From Bacteroidota bacterium (GTDB taxonomy: Bacteria; Bacteroidota; Ignavibacteria; Kapaibacteriales; UBA961), in contig JAFDZU010000010.1 in NCBI GenBank assembly GCA_018266765.1, forward strand, positions 4,916 to 68,915: 64,000 nt of DNA. Direction: 5' to 3'. The number at the start of each line of letters is the position of its first letter. The first letter of the stretch is position 1. The notes beneath the pieces were generated by a model. That model saw only the letters and a list, made by a program, of their open reading frames with translations, was not told the origin of the DNA and ran no database searches. Shown one piece after another: positions 46,386-56,371 of the stretch. Position numbers and translations under genes: made by a program.

Positions 46386-46955
46386 ATGAAAACTATTCAA
46401 GAGAGAATAGAACACTTAAATAAACTTAGTAGTAAATTAAGCAAAAAATACGAAAAGTTAGAAGAAAAATATGAAAAATTGCGTAAAAAATCAGAACTCT
46501 TAAAAGAGCAGGCAATGCTTATTGACTCGGCTTACCAACACTTAAATTCTGAAATAGAACGAACAGATAAAATGGCTCATCGTGAAATAAATGTGATGGA
46601 TTATCCGGTTGAAAACACAGAAATTCATAGCAAAATTCAATCCTTCTTAATAGAGACCAACAGTGGGAACTCAAAAAAATTGGGGAGACCATTAGGTGCG
46701 AAAAATAAGAAGTCGAAAAAAAATGAGAATTCTAAAGTTAATATAGAACAACTACTTCCCAAAAAACGTGGAAGACCGTTAGGAGCTAAAAACAAGAGAA
46801 AAAGAAAAGTTAAACCTGAAGATTTGGTTGCAAAAATACCAAAACCACTCGGCAGACCACCCGGCTCGAAAAATAAAAAGAAGAAAAGACTCGGCAGACC
46901 AATTGGCTCAAAGAATAAAAAAACAATTCTTCGGGAAGAACATAATGGTGAATAA
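46386..46955 (+). CDS. Coiled-coil protein with four AT-hook-like GRP repeats; putative AT-rich-DNA-binding or nucleoid-associated protein.
   Basis: N-terminal heptads (LSKKYEKLEEKYEKLRKKSELLKEQ). The C-terminal half carries LGRPLGAKNKKSKK, RGRPLGAKNKRKRK, LGRPPGSKNKKKKR and LGRPIGSKNKK, which are AT-hook core (G)RP flanked by K/R. Confidence 0.6.
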   Translation: MKTIQERIEHLNKLSSKLSKKYEKLEEKYEKLRKKSELLKEQAMLIDSAYQHLNSEIERTDKMAHREINVMDYPVENTEIHSKIQSFLIETNSGNSKKLGRPLGAKNKKSKKNENSKVNIEQLLPKKRGRPLGAKNKRKRKVKPEDLVAKIPKPLGRPPGSKNKKKKRLGRPIGSKNKKTILREEHNGE

Positions 46956-47024
46956 GAATTTTAAGTGTTCTAAAGAATAACAGTTGCTGTTAATTCTAAA
47001 CTTAGATTTGTGTTTTTATTGTAT

Positions 47025-47576
47025 CTAATGGATTCTTAGTACTCGTTTTTTCAATAGTTTATCTGCTATCCAAAGTAAGGCAACTGAACAAAGCAAAAGT
47101 ATGAGTGAACTGAAGCTTTTTATGGGTAGAAATGATGCAAGAGTCATAAAAAAATCTGTAATAGAATGCCCGGATGTCACCAACCAATCAGAATAAGAGT
47201 GTATGATCAAATGAACTTCTGATGGTTTTGATTCAGCAGACTGGTGTTGCGGAATTGATGAAATCAATATCCCTAAACTTATGATTATGGATGCGGCTAC
47301 GAACCATTTCAGGCGGAATATTTCTAGATTTGAAAGTTTGAGATTCGCTTTTGGTAATGGCTCAGTCACAACTGTATTCATTAATTTTAATGAAAATTGA
47401 TGTGATGGCTCGAATATAGGACTACGTTCGAGAGTTTCTGTACATTCCTTGTGAAAATCTACTTCGGCACGGCATGTGGCACATTCTCGAAGATGAACTT
47501 CAATACGCTTCGCTTCACCTAGTTGAGCGGTGTTGTCAATATACTCGAAAATCTGTTCAAGCGATAAATGTTTCAT
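47025..47576 (-). CDS. Membrane anti-sigma factor (zinc-finger-type anti-sigma domain plus a single TM).
   Basis: Directly downstream of the ECF sigma gene on the same strand. N-terminal HLRECATCRAEVDFHKEC (HxxxCxxC-like). TM WFVAASIIISLGILISSIP. Confidence 0.6.
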   Translation of the reverse strand: MKHLSLEQIFEYIDNTAQLGEAKRIEVHLRECATCRAEVDFHKECTETLERSPIFEPSHQFSLKLMNTVVTEPLPKANLKLSNLEIFRLKWFVAASIIISLGILISSIPQHQSAESKPSEVHLIIHSYSDWLVTSGHSITDFFMTLASFLPIKSFSSLILLLCSVALLWIADKLLKKRVLRIH

Positions 47577-47603
47577 GATTCTATTTTTAAAATTTTAATT
47601 TAC

Positions 47604-48179
47604 TTACGTGAAATTAACCTTTTCAGGTAAGCGACGTGAAATAGCTTCACGAAGCATTAACCTACCACGAAAAAGACGTGTTTTTACAGTCCCGAGTGGC
47701 ATTCCGGTAATAGCTGTTATCTCGTCATACCGCATTTGCTGAACGAAAAAAAGAGTTAAAACTGACGAATACTCCACCGGTAAACGTTCTATTTCTCGGT
47801 AAATAACATTATTGTCTTCAGACTCTTCCATGAGTTCATCCGGTGAAGTTGCTTTAGATGCTATTTGCAGTTCAACGTTATTTATATCCTCACCCAGAGA
47901 TGTAAATGAAATATTACCTCTTTTTTCGAGAGCAGACGCGCAAACATTATAGACGATTCGGTAGAACCACGTAGCAAAATTTGCCTTTCCTTCGAAACTT
48001 CCAAGCGACCGAAACACCCGCAAAAAAGCATCCTGTAATGCTTCTTCGGCATCCTCACGGTTTTTCAGCATTCTCATTGCCAGTGTCATTGCTTTTGACT
48101 GATGACGATCAACAAGTATCGAAAATGCTCGGCGGTCACCCCTAAGGATTTTTTGAATTATTTCGTATTCTTTTATCAT
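47604..48179 (-). CDS. ECF-type RNA polymerase sigma factor.
   Basis: Region 2 FSILVDRHQSKAMTLAMRMLKNREDAEEALQDAFLRVF. Region 4 RYDEITAITGMPLGTVKTRLFRGRLMLRE. Confidence 0.8.
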   Translation of the reverse strand: MIKEYEIIQKILRGDRRAFSILVDRHQSKAMTLAMRMLKNREDAEEALQDAFLRVFRSLGSFEGKANFATWFYRIVYNVCASALEKRGNISFTSLGEDINNVELQIASKATSPDELMEESEDNNVIYREIERLPVEYSSVLTLFFVQQMRYDEITAITGMPLGTVKTRLFRGRLMLREAISRRLPEKVNFT

Positions 48180-48400
48180 TTAGAGTGACTTAATTCAACT
48201 ATATATAGATTGTTCGATTTACCAATAAATTTCATTTACTTTATTAGACCGGAAAATAATGATAAGAGTTTCAAATGTAAAATGATTTTCAAAATTTATT
48301 GAAAATTATAATTTTTTACTAAAACTGAAACCTAAAATACTTTTTTTCGGTCAAAGTAGGAAAGGTTATCAATTATTCAATTATTTAAAAAGAGGTAAAC

Positions 48401-48838
48401 ATGAATCATCCAGAAGAATTATTTGTTCCTATTATTGCAATTCTGTGTACATTCGGAATTCCGGGGTTTGTACTTTGGAAATACATCGAAGCACGCAATA
48501 AAGAGCGTATGGCAATAATCGAAAAAGGAATGGCGGCAGAAGAAATACGACAATTATTTAAAAGAGAACATCTTGAACGGAGAAATCCAAATCCACTTTC
48601 AAATTTGAAATGGGGATTATTGATTTTTTTTATTGGGATAGGGATTGTAGTTGGAATGAATACTAGTACATATTTATATAATGGATATTCATCCTATAAT
48701 TCTTATAATATGATACCCGCCGGAATTTTAATTGGTGGTGGTTTGGGGCTATTTATATATTATCTTATAGCCGCCAAAAAAGAGAAGGAAGCTAAAAAAG
48801 AAGAAATGAAAAATGTCACTCAATTAAAGCAAATGTAA
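48401..48838 (+). CDS. Small hypothetical membrane protein (2-3 TM).
   Basis: SD AAGAGGT upstream. TM segments PIIAILCTFGIPGFVLW, WGLLIFFIGIGIVVGM and IPAGILIGGGLGLFIYYLIAA. K/E-rich tail. Confidence 0.5.
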   Translation: MNHPEELFVPIIAILCTFGIPGFVLWKYIEARNKERMAIIEKGMAAEEIRQLFKREHLERRNPNPLSNLKWGLLIFFIGIGIVVGMNTSTYLYNGYSSYNSYNMIPAGILIGGGLGLFIYYLIAAKKEKEAKKEEMKNVTQLKQM

Positions 48839-48866
48839 AAGTATATGATGACGGTAAAAAACAATG

Positions 48867-48905
48867 TCAGCTCTTCCCTATATTTGAATCTGTGGGAAGA
48901 GCTGA
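48867..48905 (+). terminator. Rho-independent terminator.
   Basis: TCAGCTCTTCCC tatatttgaatctgt GGGAAGAGCTGA, followed by TTTAGTTTG. Confidence 0.65.
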
Positions 48906-49036
48906 TTTAGTTTGTAAAAATCTTAAAATGAATAACCATTAAACTCAAAATTTCTTGGCAGGATTTCCGTTAATGGCAGTTAAAAATTCAGAGAAACTTC
49001 TCTGGAAAACTTCCAATTAATTCTTCGAAAAACTGC

Positions 49037-50815
49037 ATGAATCTACTCTACTCTTATCTCAAACAATATTGGAAATTGGTACTGCTTGCCTTGGTGCTCG
49101 CTGCTTTCAACCAAGTATTCTCTCTTCTTGATCCTCTGATTTTTCGCCACGTGATAGACGATTATGCTACTAAATTCAAAGAGAAAACTCAAATGGAGTT
49201 TTTTATGGGAGTAGCTTCTTTGCTTGGTTTGGCTGTTGGTGCAGCATTTGTTTCTCGTGTTGCAAAGAATTTCCAAGATTATTTTATTAATACTATCACC
49301 CAAAAACTGGGTGCACAAATTTATGCAGACGGTTTGCGCCACTCACTTGAATTACCATATTCAGATTTTGAAGACCAACAAAGTGGCGAACTCTTAGGGA
49401 AACTCCAAAAAGTTCGCTCGGATGTAGAGCGAGTGATAAATGCTTCGATAAGTATGCTCTTTACAACACTCGTTGGTGTGATATTCGTAACGATTTATGC
49501 GTTTACCGTTAATTGGATGATAGTTCCATTATACTTTGGAGCAATTCCTATCATAGGATTCGTTAGTAATAAATTATCACAAAAAATAAAAAATGTCCAA
49601 AAAATTATTGTAGGTGAAACGACTGCTCTCGCTGGAGCTACTACAGAATCTCTTCGCAATATCGAATTAGTAAAAAGTCTAGGACTTGCCCAGCAAGAAA
49701 TCGGACGTTTAAATTCCACAACTGCTAAAATTCTCGTTCTCGAACTCAAAAAAGTGCGCTATATTCGCTCATTGAGTTTTGTGCAGGGAACGATGGTTAA
49801 TTTTATTCGAACCAGTATTCAATTCTTGATGTTATATCTTATTTTTTCACAACAAATTACCGTTGGTCAATTCTTTTCATTGTTTGTATATTCATTCTTT
49901 ATATTCGGGCCATTGCAGGAATTAGGAAGTATTATCAGTATTTACCGCGAAGCCGAGGTTTCTTTGAATAATTTTGATGAAATTCTCAAAAAACCCAAAG
50001 AACCTATCGCTGTAAATCCGATTCCGATTGATTCTATTGACACACTTGAGTTTAATTCAGTAACATTCAAGCATCAAAGTGCCTCGACTAATGCGCTCGA
50101 AGAAACTTCATTTAAAGTCAATAAAGGAGAGACAATTGCTTTTGTCGGGCCGTCGGGTTCGGGCAAAACTACTCTTGTCAAATTACTCGTTGGATTATAT
50201 CATCCGATTTCAGGGGAAATTCTTTATAATGGAGTGCAAGGTAAGGAAATAAACCTTGATAAATTACGTGAGAAGATTGGATTTGTATCTCAAGATGCAC
50301 AGCTTTTTTCGGGAACAATCCGTGAGAATTTATTGTTTGTGAATCCTAAAGCTACCGACGAAGATTGCCTCGAAGCACTTAGGAAAGCATCATGTCAGAA
50401 TCTATTAGAGCGTGCCGAAAAGGGCTTGGATTCAGTGATAGGAGAGGGCGGAGTAAAAGTTTCGGGTGGTGAAAAACAGCGGCTTTCGATAGCTCGCGCG
50501 CTGTTGCGTCAGCCGGATTTGTTAATTTGTGATGAGGCAACTTCTGCTCTTGATTCGCTGACCGAAGAGGAAATTACATCAACAATTCGTGAAATTTCTG
50601 CACAAAAGCATCTTATCACGATTTTGATTGCACACCGACTCTCAACGGTTATGCACGCCGACAGAATTTACGTTCTCGAACGCGGGCATAAGATTGAATC
50701 GGGTAAACACGAAGAACTGTTAGAGTTAAAGGGGTTGTATTACGCGATGTGGAGACAGCAAATCGGTGAGCGTGACGGTTTACGACTGACTATGAAGAAG
50801 TTTGAATTGAATTAG
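49037..50815 (+). CDS. ABC exporter with fused transmembrane and ATPase domains (MsbA/type I exporter-like).
   Basis: Six N-terminal TM segments. Walker A GPSGSGKTT. Signature VSGGEKQRLSIARAL. Walker B LLICDEATSALD. H-loop IAHRLST. Confidence 0.85.
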   Translation: MNLLYSYLKQYWKLVLLALVLAAFNQVFSLLDPLIFRHVIDDYATKFKEKTQMEFFMGVASLLGLAVGAAFVSRVAKNFQDYFINTITQKLGAQIYADGLRHSLELPYSDFEDQQSGELLGKLQKVRSDVERVINASISMLFTTLVGVIFVTIYAFTVNWMIVPLYFGAIPIIGFVSNKLSQKIKNVQKIIVGETTALAGATTESLRNIELVKSLGLAQQEIGRLNSTTAKILVLELKKVRYIRSLSFVQGTMVNFIRTSIQFLMLYLIFSQQITVGQFFSLFVYSFFIFGPLQELGSIISIYREAEVSLNNFDEILKKPKEPIAVNPIPIDSIDTLEFNSVTFKHQSASTNALEETSFKVNKGETIAFVGPSGSGKTTLVKLLVGLYHPISGEILYNGVQGKEINLDKLREKIGFVSQDAQLFSGTIRENLLFVNPKATDEDCLEALRKASCQNLLERAEKGLDSVIGEGGVKVSGGEKQRLSIARALLRQPDLLICDEATSALDSLTEEEITSTIREISAQKHLITILIAHRLSTVMHADRIYVLERGHKIESGKHEELLELKGLYYAMWRQQIGERDGLRLTMKKFELN

Positions 50816-50911
50816 TCTATGTTTATTAACCACATAGATACATAGGAAACATAGAGTTAGGTTTTCTTTTGTTTTAACTAGTAAGTAAAGTATATACACT
50901 TCAAAGAACTG

Positions 50912-51490
50912 ATGCAAATTTTTCGTTTAATAATATTCATGTTTTGCTATGTCATTCTATTCAATGACTTTTCAAGTAATAAGCATCCAAATGATAAAAT
51001 TTATTATATAATTGAACATCCTGAAAAACAGATTAATATAGAAAAAATCGAACTTGTAAATTTACCACCACCTCCTCCTTTTTATAGTTTTTATAACTTT
51101 ATTTTATTGGATACAACAAAAATATTCTATCATTCTAAATATATTGACTATACGGGAGATTGCCTTACGGACCATACAACACCTGTTGTAATTGATTTAA
51201 TTCCTGAAAATTTAATTGAAATAAAAATTGATAGTTTGAAACGATTTCTAGATAAAACAATTGCTACAAAACAAACAAGCAGTGCAATGAATTATATCAC
51301 AATCTCTTCACCATCAGATACTATAAAAAACAGAGCATTTACTATTATAACTGAATATAAAAACCAAAAAAAATTCCATCTTAATATTCGTAATTGGACA
51401 GAAGAAGAGCAATATGTACTTGACGCAAAAATGAGTAATAAGCCGTATCACCCTGATTCTGTGAAATGGAAAAATAGCTTTTATCCTTGA
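50912..51490 (+). CDS. Hypothetical protein with an N-terminal signal-anchor; low-complexity.
   Basis: MQIFRLIIFMFCYVILF. PPPPP tract. No recognisable domain. Confidence 0.4.
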   Translation: MQIFRLIIFMFCYVILFNDFSSNKHPNDKIYYIIEHPEKQINIEKIELVNLPPPPPFYSFYNFILLDTTKIFYHSKYIDYTGDCLTDHTTPVVIDLIPENLIEIKIDSLKRFLDKTIATKQTSSAMNYITISSPSDTIKNRAFTIITEYKNQKKFHLNIRNWTEEEQYVLDAKMSNKPYHPDSVKWKNSFYP

Positions 51491-51561
51491 CCAATTTACA
51501 TTGAAATCTACAAAAAATAAACTTTTTAACTCTCTACATTTAATAATAATTCAGATTCGTT

Positions 51562-51969
51562 ATGGTTCAAATAAATATAACTTACGAAGGCGATTTACAT
51601 TGCCGCCTTGTTCATGCGCCTTCCGGTGCTGTAATGGAAACAGATGCTCCAATTGATAACAACGGACGTGGTGAAAGCTTCTCTCCAACAGATATGGTTG
51701 CAGCGGCTCTCGGTTCGTGTATGGGAACTCTTATGGGAATTAAAGCTCGAGCAAGAGAATTAGACATTACGGGAACTACGATAACTGTTCAAAAAGAAAT
51801 GACGAATCAGCCCTTTCGCAAAATCGGGCGATTGATTGTAGATATTCTACTTCCACGAGAGTATAGCGAAGAAGAGATGGTAGTTCTCCGAAATGCCGCA
51901 CTGACCTGTCCGGTTATCAAAAGTATTAACCCGGATATTATCGTTGAAACTACATTTCGAACTTCGTAA
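51562..51969 (+). CDS. OsmC/Ohr-family peroxiredoxin-like protein.
   Basis: ETDAPIDNNGRGESFSPTDMVAAALGSCMGTLMGIKARARELDITG is the OsmC signature, including the conserved Cys. Confidence 0.8.
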   Translation: MVQINITYEGDLHCRLVHAPSGAVMETDAPIDNNGRGESFSPTDMVAAALGSCMGTLMGIKARARELDITGTTITVQKEMTNQPFRKIGRLIVDILLPREYSEEEMVVLRNAALTCPVIKSINPDIIVETTFRTS

Positions 51970-52010
51970 TTTCTCCTTAAAGTCATTTGTACTATTTTAT
52001 CTATAAATCC

Positions 52011-53426
52011 ATGAAAATTTTTTTCTTTATTTGTTTAGTATTCACTTCTCAAATTGCGTTTTCTCAATCAGTTTGGCAGAGCAAATCTTCGGGTTGGTTA
52101 TTAATTTCACCCGACCAACGAAAAGAGTGTTTTGCACTTAATGAAAACCTAAAAAATTACTTAAATAAAGCACGTAATGAACTTACATCAACCAAAGAAG
52201 TTCTTTCTCTTGCAAAAGCCAAAGGTTTTAAAGAATTCACCGAGCCATCGCAAGTAAAGCCGGGTGCTAAACTTTGGATTAATAATCGTGACCGAGCTGT
52301 TGCACTTGTTGTGGTGGGAAGTAATCCGATAGTTGCAGGGTCAAGGGTAATTGCCGCACACCACGACAGTCCGCGAATAGATATTAAAGCTCGACCTCTT
52401 TATGATGCAAGCGGTTATGCAATGCTCCAAACGATAATTTATGGTGGAATTAAAAAATATCAATGGGCAAATGTTCCGCTGATGATTATCGGAAGAGTTG
52501 ATACCAAAGACGGAAAAACAATCGAAGTTGCAATTGGTGATGATGCCGATGAGCCGGTGTTGATTATTCCTGATGCGGCACCTCATGTTGATGCACCGCT
52601 TCGGAATAGAACATATACAGGAGTTTTCGATGGTGAAGAACTTGACCCGATAATTGGCTCGATTCCTCAAGCAAAAGGGAATATAGCAAATCAGATAATG
52701 GCAATTCTTACAGAGCAATTTGGAATATCCGAAGAAGATTTTGTTAGTGCTGAGTTGAATCTCGTTCCGGCAACTTCGCCGCGTGATGTTGGGTTGGACA
52801 AAGGTTTAACAGCGGCGTATGGACAGGACGACCGTTTATGTTCTTTTGTAGCTGTCAATTCAATTTTGGAACTTTCCGGACAGCCGACTTTTACTTCAAT
52901 TGCTTATCTTACCGACAACGAAGAAACCGGAAGCATCAATAATACAGGAGCGCAATCAAGTTTTCTAAGTGGATTGTACGGACGACTGACGGAAGCGCAA
53001 CTTGATGCAAAATATAATGATAATGAAACTCGCAAAGCACTTCATAATGCACATGTTATTTCTGCTGATGTCAATGATGGCATTAGTCCGCTGTTTCCTT
53101 CGCTATCAGAGCCAAGTAATGCCGCACGTCTTGGTTTTGGTGTGGCAATTAAACGGTACGGACGTTCATTTGATGCTAATTCTGAATTCACTGCTCTTAT
53201 ACGCAAAATTTTAGATGATAATAGTATTCCTTGGCAAACAGCTTCGTATAAAGTAGAAAGCGGTGGAGGTGGAACTATCGGTGGGTTTATGTCCAAAGAA
53301 GATATGGAAGTCATTGATATAGGAATACCTATTCTTTCGATGCACTCAACGTATGAAATTTCATCAAAAGTAGATGTGTGGAATCTTAGTCGCTTTTTTA
53401 CAGCTTTTTATGTGTCCGGAAAATAA
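52011..53426 (+). CDS. M18-family aminopeptidase (aspartyl aminopeptidase-like) with an apparent signal peptide.
   Basis: The ORF-track start at 51987 is TTG; ATG 52011 gives MKIFFFICLVFTSQIAFSQ. VIAAHHDSPRIDIKARPL matches the M18 AHTDSP-L-K motif. C-terminal …IPILSMHSTYEISSKVDV. Confidence 0.6.
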   Translation: MKIFFFICLVFTSQIAFSQSVWQSKSSGWLLISPDQRKECFALNENLKNYLNKARNELTSTKEVLSLAKAKGFKEFTEPSQVKPGAKLWINNRDRAVALVVVGSNPIVAGSRVIAAHHDSPRIDIKARPLYDASGYAMLQTIIYGGIKKYQWANVPLMIIGRVDTKDGKTIEVAIGDDADEPVLIIPDAAPHVDAPLRNRTYTGVFDGEELDPIIGSIPQAKGNIANQIMAILTEQFGISEEDFVSAELNLVPATSPRDVGLDKGLTAAYGQDDRLCSFVAVNSILELSGQPTFTSIAYLTDNEETGSINNTGAQSSFLSGLYGRLTEAQLDAKYNDNETRKALHNAHVISADVNDGISPLFPSLSEPSNAARLGFGVAIKRYGRSFDANSEFTALIRKILDDNSIPWQTASYKVESGGGGTIGGFMSKEDMEVIDIGIPILSMHSTYEISSKVDVWNLSRFFTAFYVSGK

Positions 53427-53476
53427 ATAAATCTCAGTGTATTTTTTATTTAAAATAATAAGTAAAATAGTTTTAT

Positions 53477-53911
53477 TTATTTAATTTTAATTATTTCTGA
53501 TGTTTGAACTTGAGAAGAAAAATTAGATGAAGTTGTTTGAATATATGAGTTTGGTTTTACTTGTATGATTTTGATAGTCAGAACACCGGTTTTCGGAAAG
53601 TTAGGAGTTTTTTTGAGAGTTTCTTCTGTTGGTGTTAGTGTATAAGTGCAATCTTTAATCCACTCTATTTTATAGACTTGTTCGTTTTCTTTGTATGATT
53701 CAATTTGAATATTGCCATTTCTTTTGATTGTATAACCCTTTAAAGCGGGATTTAATATTTTGAATGTTCCATTTTTAAATTTAGAGCAATCTAAGGTTTT
53801 ATCACTTTTATCAAATGCGTTTAAATACGGGTTGTAGCTTATAATAATTCCAATTAAAATAATTGGAATTATTATAGTATTTACTTTTATTTTTTTCATT
53901 ATTATATTCAT
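53477..53911 (-). CDS. Small secreted hypothetical protein.
   Basis: N-terminal hydrophobic KIKVNTIIIPIILIGIIIS; no recognisable domain. Confidence 0.4.
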   Translation of the reverse strand: MNIIMKKIKVNTIIIPIILIGIIISYNPYLNAFDKSDKTLDCSKFKNGTFKILNPALKGYTIKRNGNIQIESYKENEQVYKIEWIKDCTYTLTPTEETLKKTPNFPKTGVLTIKIIQVKPNSYIQTTSSNFSSQVQTSEIIKIK

Positions 53912-53951
53912 TAAATCTATTTTTTTTCTGTAATAAATACTGAATACTATT

Positions 53952-56195
53952 TTACTTACGAATTACAGCAATTTTAGCTAAAGAACCGGAATTATTTAAA
54001 GTAGAATTTGCCTTTACAATATAAACACCTGTAGGTGCAAGTTCACCATTTTCTGTTCGTCCGTCCCAGACTGTACGACGACTTTTGGTATCCAATGCAC
54101 GAATTAGAGTGCCATCTACCGACAATATTCTAATTGAACTTTCTGCCGCTAATCCTTCTATAACTAATTCTCCGTCTGTTTCCGGTGCAAAGGGTTGTGG
54201 AAAACACACAATTGCATATTCTTCGAGTGGACGTTGTGAGAGTGTGGTCACTTCTGATAACCCGACTTCAGTACCGAAATATACTTTGCCACTAAGTTCA
54301 TCAACAGCAACAGATTTCACTTGATTGCTGATAAGCGGTGAGTTGGTTGCATTGATAATTCCAAGAACAGATGAGCCGTCATCATTAAGCACAAAAACAC
54401 CTTCGTTTGTTGCTACCCATTTATTATTCAAAGCATCGACAGCAATATCATTAATCACTTGATTTGATAATGAGTTAATTTTTTGGACAAATGGAAGTGA
54501 GTTGCGTTGAACTGTACTTGGGGTGAACATCACAGCGATACCGGAGGGAGTACCAATCCAAAGTGCGCCGTTTTTATCAACTACAATCGCATTTATTGCA
54601 TTATCAGGAAGAGCAGAATTAGAGCTTGTTACTTTACCCCAAATATCATCATCTTTAGCTGATAGAGTTGATTTTTCGTAAAAATAAACTAGTCCATCAC
54701 CATCACTGCTCCCAAGCCATTTTGTAGAAGAAAAATCTACAGAAATACTTTGAAATGTGTGCTTTGATACTACTGATTCGTTTGTAAATCCGAACCAATC
54801 TCCTTTTGTATTTTTCGCTACAAGTACCGGTGTAGGATTGTCATTTCTCAAATTAGTTATCCAAACAGTCCCATTGCGGTCAGATGCAGCTTCACCTGCG
54901 AGTATGAATGTTGGCACATCTTTGATTCCTGCTAATGATGAATTAGTTTCGTTAAATATAGTAATAACGCTATCATTTTCGATACGAGTAACACCACAGC
55001 CCCAACATCCTGCCCATGTACTTCCATCCGGTAATGAACTTATCCTAAAGTATCCATTTCCTTTCAGTTGAGGTTTTGTTGTAGTCGTAAAACTTGTCCA
55101 ATTTCCATTAGAATAAAGCGTAAACCCTTGGCTGTTATCATAATTAGTTGTACTCCAAAGCGAACCCTTAGTATCAACAGTAATATTTAAAAATAGATTT
55201 GATATAGGGGTGTTAAGTATGATTTTAGAAATTCCCGAACCGCGAATTATTCCCATTCCATTTAATTTATAAAATGGAAATACTAAATTACCTGATGTTG
55301 TGTGACCTGTAATCACATCCGGAGATTGAAGAAGTCTAACTACATTTCCATTTTCAGCTACAGAAAAGAGAGCATAACTATCCACATAATAGACAAGTTT
55401 ATTTGATGCAGAAATCGATGTTATTGCTCCCAAATCTGATAAGTTTGATAATCCTGGAATAGGTGTGATTACTCCTGAAGAGTATTTTACCATACCACTA
55501 GATTGAGCAATATATAAATCATTATTTAGGATTACCATTCCTATAACATTAGAGTTCGGAAATAATCCGTTGCTTGAGGTAATTGTATTCCATGCTTTCG
55601 GGTCTTTGAGAGATGGAGATGAGAGTGGGGCATAAGCAATTCCAAGTGGAGTCGCCGCCCAAATTGAATCGCGTAAAATATTAATTTTTAAAATAGGTGT
55701 GTTCTTTTCAAACGTGCCGAGTTTCTGAACATCATCACCGGGAGCATTATTTTCGTTGAAATCTATTAATCCAAAATCTCCGGCAACATAGACTTTATTT
55801 CCAACAAACAAAAAATCATTAATTCGCCGTCTTGTGAGTGTGGTTTGATAACGTATGTCTGTGATATGCTTAAAATTAAGATTCTTATCAATAATATCAA
55901 TTCCTCCGTCAAACATACCAACATATATTGATTTATTTATTGGATTATACGCAATAGCCGTTGCGTCCAAACTAAGAAGAGCATTTATATTTCTAAATTC
56001 AATAGTTTCTTTCGTTGTGGTATCATATCGAAAAACACCTCCTGAAGTTGCCACCCAAATATGTCCGGATTCATCCAAAGTTGCAGCACGAACATTGTTT
56101 AAAGAAGAATAGGTTTTCCAGTTATCGAGTCGTATTTGAGCAGAAACAGCGTAAGTAGAAACTATTAAAAATAGCAAACCAATAAGGTATTTCAT
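53952..56195 (-). CDS. Secreted two-component-regulator-propeller (Reg_prop/Y_Y_Y-like) beta-propeller protein with a T9SS C-terminal sorting domain.
   Basis: Signal peptide MKYLIGLLFLIVSTYAVSAQ. Repeated xWxxTxxGxxxx motifs (IWVATSGGVFRYD, IWAATPLGIAYA, LWIGTPSGIAVM, KWVATNEGVFVLN, VYFGTEVGLSEV). CTD …SSIRILSVDGTLIRAL…ELAPTGVYIVKANSTLNNSGSLAKIAVIRK. Confidence 0.65.
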   Translation of the reverse strand: MKYLIGLLFLIVSTYAVSAQIRLDNWKTYSSLNNVRAATLDESGHIWVATSGGVFRYDTTTKETIEFRNINALLSLDATAIAYNPINKSIYVGMFDGGIDIIDKNLNFKHITDIRYQTTLTRRRINDFLFVGNKVYVAGDFGLIDFNENNAPGDDVQKLGTFEKNTPILKINILRDSIWAATPLGIAYAPLSSPSLKDPKAWNTITSSNGLFPNSNVIGMVILNNDLYIAQSSGMVKYSSGVITPIPGLSNLSDLGAITSISASNKLVYYVDSYALFSVAENGNVVRLLQSPDVITGHTTSGNLVFPFYKLNGMGIIRGSGISKIILNTPISNLFLNITVDTKGSLWSTTNYDNSQGFTLYSNGNWTSFTTTTKPQLKGNGYFRISSLPDGSTWAGCWGCGVTRIENDSVITIFNETNSSLAGIKDVPTFILAGEAASDRNGTVWITNLRNDNPTPVLVAKNTKGDWFGFTNESVVSKHTFQSISVDFSSTKWLGSSDGDGLVYFYEKSTLSAKDDDIWGKVTSSNSALPDNAINAIVVDKNGALWIGTPSGIAVMFTPSTVQRNSLPFVQKINSLSNQVINDIAVDALNNKWVATNEGVFVLNDDGSSVLGIINATNSPLISNQVKSVAVDELSGKVYFGTEVGLSEVTTLSQRPLEEYAIVCFPQPFAPETDGELVIEGLAAESSIRILSVDGTLIRALDTKSRRTVWDGRTENGELAPTGVYIVKANSTLNNSGSLAKIAVIRK

Positions 56196-56371
56196 ATTGA
56201 TAGAAGTAAAATTGTGAGGAATTAAAAATAAAATAGTGGCGAATTATCTCACGCAACACTCCCCAAAATAATGAAAAAGATGAAAGTACAATTTGTTTTA
56301 ATTGAAAGTATAAAGCAAAATTCGCCTTTTTTTCATTAACTTTCAAAACTCAAATGAAATTTATTTTAGTT

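Noticed and set aside
56122-56346. 74-aa minus-strand ORF between the propeller T9SS gene and the GT4 gene.
   Set aside because: It lies in a 176-bp AT-rich promoter/terminator spacer, and its F/Y/I-rich translation is typical of AT-rich non-coding sequence.
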